Program-made: the position numbers and the translations under genes
Shown here: one piece after another, positions 1 through 12,261 of the stretch
Position numbering within the stretch: the first letter of the stretch is position 1
Layout: each line of letters starts with the position of its first letter
Origin: Carcharhinus longimanus
Taxonomy: Eukaryota
Direction of reading: 5' to 3'
Length of the DNA: 64,000 bases
Assembly: GCA_030264375.1 (NCBI GenBank)
Contig: JASCQW010000156.1
Coordinates: 18,493,674-18,557,673 of the forward strand
The notes under the pieces: model-generated
What the model saw: the letters and a program-made list of their open reading frames with translations, nothing else
Told to the model about the DNA's origin: nothing
The model's database searches: none

Positions 1-349
1 ATTCCGTCTGTATGCCTGCTCATCTGTTACCAGGAAAGGTCACATCTCGTCATTCCTTTTGAATACAGGCAACTGCTGTTGCTAATAGGATTTTATCTGC
101 TGCTGGGCAGATCATATCCTATCATTCCTTGCTAACTCTTGGATCTGCCTAAAAACATGACAACTTCCAAAAACAAAAAAAAAGCCCCACAATCTGAGAG
201 CAAAACTGGCCATTTTCCAACTTTCTGAACTCATCTCAATAATACAAGTGGCCATGTGTTACTGTGCAGGCAAACCTAGATAATAAGGACACCTGTGTCA
301 GACTCCTATTTGTTGACTACAGCTCAGCCTAAAACACTATAAAATTCCC

Positions 350-1665
350 AAGAAACCCATCTCCAAACTCCGTGGCCTGGAACTCGGCACCTCCCTCCGC
401 GACTGGATCCTGAACTTCCTAACTCACAGACAACAATTAATAAGTATAAGCAACAACACCTCCTTCACGATCATCCTCAACATTGGTGCCCCACAAAGCT
501 GTGTTCTCAGCCCCCTACTATACTCCTTATACACCTATGTGGCCAAATTCCCCTCCAATTCGATTTTCAAATTTGCTGACATCACTATAGTGGGTCAGAT
601 CTCAAACAATGATGAGACAGAGTACAGGAATGAAATAGAGAATCGGGTGAACTAGTGCGGCAATAATAATCTCTCCCTCAATGTCAACAAAACGAAGGAG
701 ATTGTCACCGACTTCAGGAAGTATAAAGGAGAAAATACCCCAGTCTACACCAACAGGGACAAAGTAGAAAGGGTCGAGAGCTTCATGTTTTTAGGTGTCC
801 AGNNNNNNNNNNNNNNNNNNNNNNNNNNNNNNNNNNNNNNNNNNNNNNNNNNNNNNNNNNNNNNNNNNNNNNNNNNNNNNNNNNNNNNNNNNNNNNNNNN
901 NNNNNNNNNNNNNNNNNNNNNNNNNNNNNNNNNNNNNNNNNNNNNNNNNNNNNNNNNNNNNNNNNNNNNNNNNNNNNNNNNNNNNNNNNNNNNNNNNNNN
1001 NNNNNNNNNNNNNNNNNNNNNNNNNNNNNNNNNNNNNNNNNNNNNNNNNNNNNNNNNNNNNNNNNNNNNNNNNNNNNNNNNNNNNNNNNNNNNNNNNNNN
1101 NNNNNNNNNNNNNNNNNNNNNNNNNNNNNNNNNNNNNNNNNNNNNNNNNNNNNNNNNNNNNNNNNNNNNNNNNNNNNNNNNNNNNNNNNNNNNNNNNNNN
1201 NNNNNNNNNNNNNNNNNNNNNNNNNNNNNNNNNNNNNNNNNNNNNNNNNNNNNNNNNNNNNNNNNNNNNNNNNNNNNNNNNNNNNNNNNNNNNNNNNNNN
1301 NNNNNNNNNNNNNNNNNNNNNNNNNNNNNNNNNNNNNNNNNNNNNNNNNNNNNNNNNNNNNNNNNNNNNNNNNNNNNNNNNNNNNNNNNNNNNNNNNNNN
1401 NNNNNNNNNNNNNNNNNNNNNNNNNNNNNNNNNNNNNNNNNNNNNNNNNNNNNNNNNNNNNNNNNNNNNNNNNNNNNNNNCCTACCTCACATTAAATTGT
1501 TCTTTCTCTACACCCTAGCTATGACTGTAACACTACATTCTGCACTCTCTCGTTTTCTTCTTTATGAACGGTATTGTTTGTGTATTGCGTGCAAGAAACA
1601 ATGCTTTTCACTATGATAATACATGTGACAATAATAAATCAAATCAAAACAAAATTCAAATCAAA
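350..1665 (+). mobile_element. Rex1/Babar-type LINE, degraded 3' portion (RT fragment, N gap, 3' UTR and tail)
   Basis: 350-802 translates, with frameshifts, to ...LRDWILNFLTHR...GAPQSCVLSPLLYSLYT...FKFAD...LSLNVNKTKEIVTDFRK, a Rex/Babar-like RT. After the gap the sequence ends in AATAAA plus a (TCAAA)n-like tail at about 1630-1665. Confidence 0.75.
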
Positions 1666-2494
1666 CAACTAGGGTTACAGGGCACATTTCAAAGCTCACA
1701 GATTATAAACTGCTACTGGATAATCTTTTTTGACTGTGGTTTACTAACCAATGAAACTCATGCAAACATAATTTGTTTTTCTAGTTAGAGCACAATTACT
1801 TAATGTACTACGTAGAAGGAAATGGAAATTGTACAGGGAGCAATTTTAAATTCAGCGCAGACAGCTGCCACACACAGCAGGGAGTATCCTCTCTAAATGA
1901 GGCTGTACATTTCCAACATTGTCTCAGCACAGCAAAAACGATACCACTGCTCCTCGAATTAGCATTTGCCTGGCAATCTCAGGGAATGGAAAGATCAAGT
2001 TAGTGCTGTGTCGAACGTTTTCTCAATACTGGGCATAGCGTGCTGACCATCTGGTCTGTACCAGACCAGGAACGAATGATGTTATCACTGTTTGCCAATA
2101 ATGATTCCAAATCAGGAGTCTAGGGAGAGAAGGAAGGGTCTTTATTACATTAACATCTCTTTTAACCTCCCCATGCCAGGCATCATTTGTTCATTTACAG
2201 GTAAGTGAGCAGTTTCAAGAACTCTCATTTACTCTTGAAAAGGTGCAGAGTCGAAAAGTGAGGCAGGAATGCAGAAGAGACTGGCTCTGCTGAAAAGCTG
2301 CGAATGAATTTAACTTCCCCTGATAGAAATGGAGTGAGGTACTTATCAACTTCTTTCCCTTCTTGATCTGACAGATTGCAATTTAAATTGCAGACAGGAA
2401 GGACCCCTGCCTGCAACTCAGTAGGGTTCTCTGTGAATATGCAGATCCAGCTCAGCTGACATCATGTGGGCTGTTTTGCTGCTCTTCCTCAATC

Positions 2495-2775
2495 GTAGAA
2501 TTCCTACAACGCAGGAGGTGGTCATTTGATCCATCAAGCCTGCACCAACAGTCTCACCTAAGCCCTAACTCCTTAACCCATGTACTTACCCTGCTGGGAC
2601 CCCTGACACAAAGGGGCAATTTAGCACAGCCAATCAACCTAACCTGCACATCTTTGGCGTGTGGTATGAAACCGGAGCACCTGGAGGAAACCCACAGTGA
2701 CATGGGAGTACGTACAAACTCCACACAGACAGTGACCCAAGGCCTGAATTGAACTATATGTGGAGGCAGTAGTGT
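2495..2775 (-). mobile_element. HE1-type tRNA-derived SINE
   Basis: Reverse strand has the HE1/V-SINE core (GTGTGGAGTTTG...GGGTTTCCTCCAGGTGCTCCGGTTTC...GATGTGCAGGTTAGG) and a CR1-like tail. Confidence 0.85.
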
Positions 2776-3421
2776 AATGATAGCCCCTATTACTGTAGGA
2801 GATTAAGTTTGTTGAATCAACAATGCCTTTTTAGAAAATGGCCATCTCTAACGTCTCAATATTTTAAATCTTTCACATGAGGGTCACCAAGTTCATGTTC
2901 TTCCAAAGCTTTGTTGTTCGAGGTTTGCTCAAATTCAGTCGTGCTGTCTTTTTAAACAGTCATATATATGGGTGTCATTAGCAAGGCAACATTTATTGCC
3001 AATCTCTAGTTGCATATTGTGGTGGGCATTCTGATATTCTGAAAAATGGGCCACAACCGAAACATTAACATGCCTTTTCTCTTCAGCTGCTGGATTGCCA
3101 GGATATTTCAAGTCTCTTTACTGTACTGTCCTGTTTGGGAATGTGGGTTCAATCCCCGCTTTGATCCGTTGTGCAAGGTAGGCTAGTGGCAGAGAAGGCA
3201 GGGTAATTCTCTATCAGCCGTCTTCACACTCCACCCATGCTCCTTGAGTGGAACTGACAGAAAAGTTGCCTTGTGCTCACTGATCTATATTGGCTCCAAC
3301 TACAGCAACATGGCAAATTTTAAATTCTCAGCATTTTCAAAATCCTCAATTACTTCACCCCTAATTCTGTCATGTCCTCCAGTTCTACAAGAACCCCAAG
3401 AATTCTGCATTCCTTCAATTC

Positions 3422-3690
3422 TGAACAAAGAACAAAGAACAAAGAACAACCCAGCACGGGAAACAGGCCCTTCGGCCCAACAAGCCCGCGCCGCCNNNNN
3501 NNNNNNNNNNNNNNNNNNNNNNNNNNNNNNNNNNNNNNNNNNNNNNNNNNNNNNNNNNNNNNNNNNNNNNNNNNNNNNNNNNNNNNNNNNNNNNNTCATT
3601 TATGTAGACTACAAAGAGGAGAGGTCCCAGTACTGAGCCCTGCGGCACACCACTGGTCACTGGCCTCCAGCCTTCTGCTTCTTCCACGTC
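3422..3690 (-). mobile_element. CR1 LINE fragment spanning a gap
   Basis: (AAAGAAC)n tail at 3422-3450. ORF 3415..3855 contains WRPVTSGVPQGSVLGPLLFVVYIN, a CR1 RT motif. Confidence 0.85.
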
Positions 3691-3869
3691 CCCAATTTTC
3701 ATCACTTCACCATCAGTTGTCTTGGCCCCAAATTCTAGAATTCTCTTTGTAAACAAAATGCTCCTTAAAACGTACATATCTGAATACTGTGGACTGGTGG
3801 ATCCACGGGCCTCACGCAATATCTGGGGGCTCAAGATCAATCCCCACTTTAGCAAATGAGGAAATTAAA

Positions 3870-4110
3870 TTAAATTAGTCAAACAAACCTGGAATAAAAA
3901 GCTAGCCTGTATAATGGTGACCATGAAATCACTGGACTGCTGCAAAAATGCACCTGGTTTATCATTCACAGCCTTTAGAGAAGAAGGAAGTCCATTGTCT
4001 TGAACTAGCCTGGCTTACATGTCTCTCCAAACCCACAGCAAAACAGTTGGCTCTTAACTGTCCTCTGAAGTGGCCAAGCATACCACAATGTCGATTCAAG
4101 GGCAATACCT
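3870..4110 (+). mobile_element. Second shark SINE family, internal and 3' fragment
   Basis: Similar to the copies at 48270-48790 (+) and 62330-62475 (-): GGTGACCATGAA...CCTCTGAAGTGGCC...TTCAAGGGCAAT. Confidence 0.55.
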
Positions 4111-5680
4111 TTCCAGTGGTGTTCATATCCCACAAACAAATAAAAAGCTTTTGGTCACCTGTTCTAATATCTCTAAGTGGCACAGCATCAAATTTTGTTA
4201 GATAGTTGCTTCTGTGTAGCACTTTGTGATATCCCACGAAAAAGGCACTACATAAATGCAAGTTGTTGTTGCTTTTCCTCGCCGTTACAGTCTCGAGAGA
4301 TTGAAGGTGAAAAAAAAAGTTAAGGAATTGACTCAAGTTATTTTTTTAGAAGTAGGATAAAGCTTCAACCATCTGGACCGTGGTTTTAATTCCTTTCACT
4401 GCTAGCTTTGCGAGCTGTTTCTGAGCATCACAGAATAGAAACAGGTGAGAATGGTCACAAAGTATGGTTTGCATCTTGAAAAGCATTGGGAATAGTTTGA
4501 TAACCTGAGCTTGTACAGTACATGGAAAGATGTTAGTGACAGATAATGCAAGTTGGAGAACAGAAGGCAGTAATATAACTTTGATTGATCAAGGTGTGAA
4601 ATAGTTCAAGGGAAACAGGCTATCACCTGATACAGTAAAGACTTCCCATGAGTTAAAATGGGCACGTACAAATCCAATCAAGATATGAAGGCTCAAGATA
4701 TGAATAGCCTGATTGCACTATGTAGACTCACAAAGAATTGTCATTTGGACAAAGTGCCAGAAGAGAGAAAATACATTCACAACACAGCATTCCATGTTCC
4801 CAAATCTCCCCAAGACTGGAACGTGACACACCCCAGCATCCTGCCACAATCAGGTCAGGATCAGGGAGAGGCAGAACGCCAGGCTGAAACAGCAAACCAA
4901 AGGTGAAAAACAATAAACTGCTATCTCCCCAATTTCCAGTCAGAACAGCTACTGCCAGCTACTCCTCAAGATCGTCTATAATTGATTCTGTGGCCACGGT
5001 ATTTTAACCCCTGCATACAATCTTTCTTCAGGACACTTTCCTCCATCGTTATGGCTACAAAGAATGTTTTTAATGTACACTTACATCATTTTATTGCATA
5101 CATTCATTTAAAATAGAATTCAGAGTTCTTAAGCTCTCTGAAACATCACATTCCCACCACCAACCCCGGGCAGCTGCTGCAAATGTTCCACTTCCAGATA
5201 TATTTGATCTGAATGTGTTTGTGTACTGATGTAATGTGTCCCTGGCCACTCCACCACCCCGCAACAGAGCCCAGCCCTTCCTTGTGTGATCCATCAATTA
5301 GATTTTCACTCACAGGAAGCTAGTTCTTGAATTTTAACTGGAGGAAATGAAGCTAAAACAATTAGAACACAGCTTCATTGTTAAACTATTCATGCCCTCT
5401 TCACCTCCACTTAATCTGCTCTCTCCTTCCTAGTTTTAAGCAACTTGAAAACAAGTGGCAACTGATCCAGAGTTGAATGACAGTTAGATGCTGCCTTCAC
5501 TAACAGACTCTCTCAAATGCTGTCCTCACTGGCCTACACACCACATTCTTCACACCCCACAGTTACTAACTATGCCTTTTTGATGCTCCTAAAATCCTCA
5601 CCCCACCTTTCTAAAGCAGCTTCAATGCCAGCATCTATCACAGCCGATCACAAATCACAGTGGGGTGTACCTCCTGACCT

Positions 5681-6390
5681 GATGTGGAGATGCTGGCATT
5701 GGACTCGGGTAAGCACAGTAAGAAGTCTCACAAGAACAGGTTAAAGTCCAATCGATTTATTTGGTAGCACAAGCCACAAGCTTTCGGAGCACTGCCCCTT
5801 TATCAGAGGAGTGGGAGTGGTGTTCACAAACACACATATAAAGACACAAACACAATTTACAAGATAATGGTTGGAATGCAAGTCTTTACGGGTAAAGATG
5901 TCTTAAAGGTACAGACAATGTGAGTGGAGAGAGTATTAAGCACAAGTTAAAGAGATGTGCTATGTCTCCAGACAGGAGAGTTAATGAGATTTTGCAAGCC
6001 CCGGCAAGTTGTGGGGGTTACAAATAGTGTGACATGAACTCTACCTGTAACCCCCCTTGACTTGCATGGGCTTGCAAAATCTCACTAATTGTCCTGTCTG
6101 GAGATAATACACATCTCTTTGACCTATGCTTAACCCTTTCTTCACTCATATTGTCTGTACCTTTAAGACTTGATTGTACCTGTAAAGGCTCGCATTCCAA
6201 CCATTATTTTATAAATTGAGTTTGTGTCTTTATATGCCTTGTTTGTGAACAGAACTCCCACTCACCTGACGAAGGAGCAGCACTCACAAAGCTAGTGGCA
6301 TTTGCTATCAAATAAACCTGTTGGGCTTTAACCTGGTGTTGTGAAACTTCTTACTGTGTTTACCCCAGTCTAATGCCGACATCTCCACTT
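5681..6390. mobile_element. Penelope-like element: inverted pair of terminal repeats (about 700 bp palindrome)
   Basis: 5681-6040 is the reverse complement of 6045-6390 (GATGTGGAGATG... / ...CATCTCCAC). Both arms match the sequence that follows the GIY-YIG C-terminus at 7722-8200. Confidence 0.85.
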
Positions 6391-7304
6391 CAAGTGAGAG
6401 ACTTCTGGGGCAGAGCTGAAATGAGCTGTTGATGTCACTGAAGGTACAGGAAACATGTGCAGAGGCAAGAAGATTTCTGAAAATCAACAATCCATTATTT
6501 TTACAGGAAAGCTTTGACTGAGACGGAGATGCTCAAGAAGTGATAGTTCAGAGCAAAACTGATGGAAAAGCGGCCACCTCAAGGTTTTTCCTGCCTGTTT
6601 CAGGAAGAAGTGGTTAGAAAAAGACAGACAGAAGGAACAATGGCCCTACAGGCATTTGCATCTGGCAGCTGAGGAAAGGGTGCCCAGTTGTGGTTCTGGC
6701 AGCGTTCAAGGAAGGGAAATTAAGATCAAGTAGAGAAGGAGATTGCTAGGTTACATTGCTGCCCAATTTTCTCCAGTGATTCTATTGCCATCTTTCCTGA
6801 TTTTGTACAGGATAGCAGAAAAATAAATCTATCTCAAAAACTGAATTTGAGAAGGAGCAGTTTTTGAAGATGAAGCGAATGTTTTAAAGGTCACTCTCCT
6901 TTGCAGTTTTGATCTCACTAAACTTCAATCTGGGATAGGATCACTGAAACAAAATCAGAGTTACAGTCTACAAAAGCAATAAATGGCTCTCAAGTGGTGA
7001 ATAAATAATTATGCCAGAGGCACTCTATCTATTGAATAAATTCCATAATTCCACTGTGAATATAACAACACATTTTTCCGGTACAGTAAATTATTTTGTA
7101 AATGAAAATCCTAATAGAGTTTGAAGCCTTTATTAGTCCCAGGCATGACAATCTTCAGTACTCTAAATAATTGTTTAATAAATAGTCAGGAAGTATTTTA
7201 TCCATATGTTACACATTTTAGGACTGCATTAAATACTTTTTCAGGGACAGTGACACTGGCTTTTCCCATTAAGCAAACCTGCCCTTGTTGTTGCCACATT
7301 GAAC

Positions 7305-7545
7305 CATAGAATCTGTACTGTGCAGAGAAAGGCCATTCAGCCCTTCAAGTGAACACCGACTCTCTGAAACAGCATCCTACCCAGACCTACTGCCCTGTCA
7401 TATTCCTGCACATTTACCATGGATGCACACCTTGAGACTCTAATGGGCAATTTATCATGGCCAGTCCACCTAACCTGTGCATCTTTTGAGTGTGGGAGGA
7501 AACTGGAGCACCTGAAGGAAACACACAGAGACATGCGGAGAACAG
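7305..7545 (-). mobile_element. HE1-type SINE, 5'-truncated
   Basis: HE1 core and tail on the reverse strand. Confidence 0.8.
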
Positions 7546-7548
7546 AGT

Positions 7549-7621
7549 GGGTGGCACGGTGGCACAGTGGTTAGCATTGATGCCGCACAGCACCAGAAAC
7601 CCTGGCTTGATTCCCAGCTTG
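7549..7621 (+). mobile_element. HE1-type SINE head, running into a gap
   Basis: GGCACGGTGGCACAGTGGTTAGCA (A box) ... GGCTTGATTCC (B-box-like), a tRNA-derived head. Confidence 0.8.
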
Positions 7622-7721
7622 NNNNNNNNNNNNNNNNNNNNNNNNNNNNNNNNNNNNNNNNNNNNNNNNNNNNNNNNNNNNNNNNNNNNNNNNNNNNNNN
7701 NNNNNNNNNNNNNNNNNNNNN

Positions 7722-8200
7722 AACACTTCAGCGGTCACGGGCATTCAGCCTCTGTTCTTCGGGTAAGCATTCTCCAAGGTGGCCTTCACGAAACATGACG
7801 ACACAGAATCGCTGGGCAGAAACTGACAGCCAAGTTCCGCATACGAGAATGGCCTCAACCAGGATCTTGGGTTCATGTCACACTATCTGTAACCACCACG
7901 ACTTGCCTGGGCTTGCAAAATCTCACCAACTGTCCTGGCTGCAGGCAATACACATCTCTTTAACCTGTGCTTCACCCTTTCTCCACTCAGACTGTCTGTA
8001 CCTTTAAGACTTGATTACCTGTAAAGACTTGCATTCCAACCATTATCTTGTAAATTGAGTTTTTGTCTTTATATGCCCCATTTGTGAACTCAACTCCCAC
8101 TCACCTGATGAAGGGGGCAGTGCTCCGAAAGCTTGCGGCTTGTGCTATCAAATAAACCTGTTGGACTTTAACCTGGTATTGTGAGACGATTTACTACTCC
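7722..8200 (+). mobile_element. Penelope-like element 3' end (GIY-YIG C-terminus plus terminal repeat)
   Basis: Translates to HFSGHGHSASVLRVSILQGGLH...QKLTAKF...NGLNQDLGFMSHYL*, typical of the PLE endonuclease end. It is followed by the repeat seen at 6045-6390. Confidence 0.8.
8101..8140 (+). ncRNA. Minimal hammerhead ribozyme motif in a Penelope terminal repeat
   Basis: CAC-CTGATGA(8105-8111)-A-GGGGGC AGT GCTCC-GAAA(8127-8130)-GCTT-GCG. Both core boxes are present, with a stem II hairpin and palindromic AGCT in place of stem III. Activity is untested. Confidence 0.65.
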
Positions 8201-8429
8201 TCCTGACCTGCCCAACTAATTTGACAACCTGTTATTGTTCCTGCCCTCCACTAGTGACCAATCCCTGCTCCCTCCTCCAAAAGTGACCAATCCCTCCTCC
8301 TGCCTCCAAAAGTGATCAAGTCTTACCTGTGGAACCCTTGCAATGCATTCTAACACCTCTTAAAAGCTTCCTCTATGATTAGGTGCAAAGTACCCAACCA
8401 TCCCATTCAGCATGCAGAATGTAAAAAGA

Positions 8430-8900
8430 AATAGACTGTATGGCCCATCAAGCCTGCTCTGCCATTCAATATCATGACCGATCCTAGGATTCAACCCCAT
8501 TTCCCCACCCACTCCCCATAACTCCTAATTCCCTGAGACACAAAAGATAGGTCTAACCCAGCCTTCAATGATGGAGCATCCACAACCATCTGGGATAGAG
8601 ATTATGAAGATTCACAACCATAGGACTAAAAAATCCCTTCAGTGCAGAAAAGAGGCCATTCGTCCTTTGAAGCGTGCACCATCCAGAACATCCCACCGAG
8701 GCTCTCCCCTCTGCCATGTCCCCGTAACCCATCACGTTTATCATAACTAATCCACTTAACTAACACATCTTTGAACTGTGGGAGGAAAATGGAGTACCTG
8801 GAGGAAATCCACATAGACACAGGGAGACCTTTGAATGAAGTGATTTCTCCTCATCTCAGTCCTAAATAATTAGCTCCTCACCTAGAGGCTGTTTCCACGG
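8430..8900 (-). mobile_element. CR1 3' end interrupted by an HE1-type SINE (about 8620-8828)
   Basis: CR1 3' UTR motif (GGCCCATCAAGCCTGCTCTGCCATTCAATATCATG) resumes after the SINE with TTTCTCCTCATCTCAGTCCTAAAT. Confidence 0.7.
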
Positions 8901-9205
8901 GTCAATTGCTCTACAAAAGAACAAGACACCAAGTGCTATTCACAGCCCAGCTTCACAGTGCATACAATAGGAGCAATGTTATACAGGCTGCAAGAGCATT
9001 GTCCTTTAGGAGCAACTGAACCTGCAATTTCACCATGCCAGTGGTAAGTACAAAACTGAACACTAACATGAACACTCAATAAAGAGTGAACACAAATGTA
9101 CATTATTTCCCCCACAATAAAGAATGTCCCCTAACATCCCTGAAACCATTAATGTATGCCAACTATTAGACACCATGTTCATCATTTGCTATGTTTGGTA
9201 GGGTT

Positions 9206-10370
9206 CTAGTGGACATGCAGGTGATTACCAAAGCTAATCTGCACCCATAAGGTTCTGTTGTAAATAGGGCAGGACGCCACACATGAGTTTTGGATGAGCC
9301 ACTGATTCAGGATTTCCTCCAGGTGTATTTTTCCTTTGCTTCTGATGCTTTCAAAAGAGGTTGCAATGTATTTAATTTGGTTGTGCCTGTTGCAGTAACA
9401 CTGGGTGAGCCTTGCCCAGGTCAAGTAGAAATCAAACTCCTTACTGAAACTTCAGGGTGTCCATGTCATGCTTCTTTTGACCAGCATGTCAGCAACACTC
9501 CAGATTCAAGCTGTCATAGAGGATTCATTTTGTTAAAAGAGTATCAGGCATTCTGGTTAAAAGACCAGTCCAACTCAGTTGTGATTGTCTCAATATGGTG
9601 TGGATACTTGCCAACATAGACAGCTTGAGAGACTGTGCTGCCAAAATGAGTGAACTTGACAGGTTCTGGTCATGAACAAAAACATTGGGCTCAAGAAAGG
9701 GCTCTCCTGAAATGGGCTGGTACACTATGGCTTTTCTTTGTGCTGATTGTACGGCTCAAAGCTGTCACGTGCATTGGAGATTAAGTTCATGCTACACTAC
9801 ATGTCCAAGCTCTGAACAGGCTGCTGGCACACAATCTTTAGCAAACAGAAAATCACAAAGTATGTCCTCGGAAGCCTTGGTCTTTGCCTGGAGTCATCTG
9901 AAATTGAGCAGCTTCCCACCCATGCACTGATTTTATTGCCAACATCGGCATCGTGGAAGAAATCGGTTAGCACGGTCAAGAAAAACACTAAGAGGATTAG
10001 CACTAGCACGCAGCCCTGCAAGCAACTATATTAGTCACTGGAAATGGATCAGAAGATTCACCATCGTCCAGGACACCCCTGTCTTCATGAATCACTGCAA
10101 TTAATTTCTCAGAGCAACCAAATTTCTCCCTTCTCTTCCAAAAGCCCTCTTGGCTAAGGCCTTAGCCAGAGAAATAAATTTGGTCGATGTTCTGTTCCTG
10201 ATGTTTCTCCTGGAGCTGTCTTACTTGGTTCATCCATGACTCCCCAATCTTTTCTGAAAAGGCACTGACTCTCTGGCAGCAGATCCTGGTTGAGATGTTG
10301 CACTAAGCACTTCAGAACGATTATGGCAAAGGTTTTTGCCGACGAGAGAAGTGTGAGGTCCCTCCATTGG
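9206..10370 (-). mobile_element. RTE-clade LINE, degraded RT and C-terminus
   Basis: Reverse-strand peptides in the expected order: LLPESQC, RQLQEK, KFGCSEKLI, QGCVL, DFLFAKDC (FADD), YQPISGEPFLEPN, KFTHFGS, RMPDT, GQKK..DTLK, CPIYNRTL...HLHVH*. Confidence 0.85.
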
Positions 10371-11204
10371 TGGTGCTACTGCACGGGCCACACACAGTGT
10401 GACCAACAATATAACAACGTGAACGTCTCACTCACTAGATAATGCAAAGACAACAGTTTCACAGAAGATAATACATGGGGGTGGGGGATGCAGTTATTAG
10501 ACAGAATTGCAATGCATAGGCCAGAGCATTATTCACAAGACAACATATAGGAAGGTCTCATGCAAGATCACAAGGTAACAATGTACAGAGGATAGCATTA
10601 TTCACAAGATAATTCACCGACAGCAAAAGAACACATAGCAAGTTGGCCACAGACATGATCCCACCACAGTTACCAGTCTTCTGAAACTCACTGCCAGGAT
10701 TCTCAGTTTTAGAACGGCAGTTTAAGCAATCAACAAGCAATGCACGGTATGCTGAACATAACACTGCCAACTGGAGACAAAGAAACTAGATAGTAGGCAC
10801 CAAATCAAAGCTCTCCAGTGAAGTCCCAATGGGAACAGGAATTACTTGTGGCATCAACTTACTCTCCGTGCCTTATCTTTCAAACTAGGCAATTACATAT
10901 TACTGACAAATTGCAGATGCAGCTCCCACTGTAAATTTCATTTATATTTGGTTATATATGATGAGTATGGTGAATCACAAATTCTGGTGCCAGCCTCATA
11001 CTGTGCAAGTCAGCAACTGTGGGGCTGATCTTAACCATAGGAAGTGTGGTATAAAACGCAGAATGGCCTCAGGGCAATATGGCACTTTGAAGATCATTGC
11101 TGTACAATTGTGGCAAAGGTCTGACTAAATGCAATCTGAACCAAGTCCTGGTTGTCCTTCACCTATTTGCTGGGTGACCAACAATGGTGTCCTCGAGCAG
11201 AACT

Positions 11205-11560
11205 TTGAATTTTAAATCCTCATCCTGGTGTTCAATTCCCTCTGTTGCTTTGCTCCTATCTTTGTAATCTCTTGCAGTCCTACAATCCTCCGAGATTTCT
11301 GCATCCTTCCAATCCTGAAGCCTTGCACATCCCCAATCCTAATCATTCCAACCTGACAACATTTCTCTCTCTCTCTCTCTCTCTCTTTCTTGCTCTTCCT
11401 TTAAGACAGACCTTTAAAGCCTAACTATTTGACCAAGCTTTTGGGTTACCTGTCCTAATATCTCTTGATATCTTTCAGTGTCTGATGACACTCCTGTGAA
11501 GCAACTTGGGACCTTTTATGATGTTAAAGAAGTTATACAAATTCAAGTTGTTTTTGACTT
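11205..11560 (+). mobile_element. L2-like LINE 3' end containing a (CT)n microsatellite
   Basis: TTTGACCAAGCTTTTGG...CTCCTGTGAAGC..CTTGGGA...ATACAAATTCAAGTTGTT. Related fragments at about 30770-31005 and 45890-46460. Confidence 0.55.
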
Positions 11561-12261
11561 CACTTGTCCGGTGTATGGTGCTTTGAAGAATTCTCAGAGA
11601 GATAGAGCACAAATTTTTCCACACATTTTTAAACCAAAGATGTCCAACTTTGGAAGCAATCTTCTGATGGAAGCTCCTTTTACTCAATAAGCCAATGAAG
11701 GCATCATTAATAAATAGTATAATTAGCAATGAAAATATTAGACAAAAACCAATACCTTTGAGAAATGATTGCAAATTAAATCATGCTGGCAAGCTGTATA
11801 AAGTTAGGTGGGTTCTGCTTGCACTTTCATTGTAACTGCTGTAACTTCATTGTATTGCTGAACTTTGCCCTAGTTCTTGCTGGCATGCAATGACATATAT
11901 GGGTTTCTTCAACACCTATTGGTGCCCTGTCCACCACTGTATCAGTGACCACGAATTAGGTGCTGAAAGATTTAACACCCAAGAAAGGGTAAAGGATAGA
12001 GTAAAATGGCTCCCACATAATCTCACCCTGCTCCCAGCCCCCCTACAAGAGCCCAGAATTAACAGCACTGAAGCTGGTTTCACCCTCAGCTCAGGGGGAT
12101 AAAAGCAGAATGTAGCAGAGTCCTACAGATGAGAAGATTCCAGGTTTATTGACAGTCTGGGTTCAGGGCTCAGCACACCCCCCCCCCCCCCCCAAAATCA
12201 AACATCAGCCAGCATTCCTGATCCACTAAAGGTGCATATGAGATCCACATCCCCCTACTGT

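Noticed and set aside
785-1616. Long ORFs of 236-273 aa, and similar ones at 21466-22648, 41736-42403 and 56822-57374
   Set aside because: They are open only because they run through N gaps. Only the DVL exon within 21466..22461 is real.
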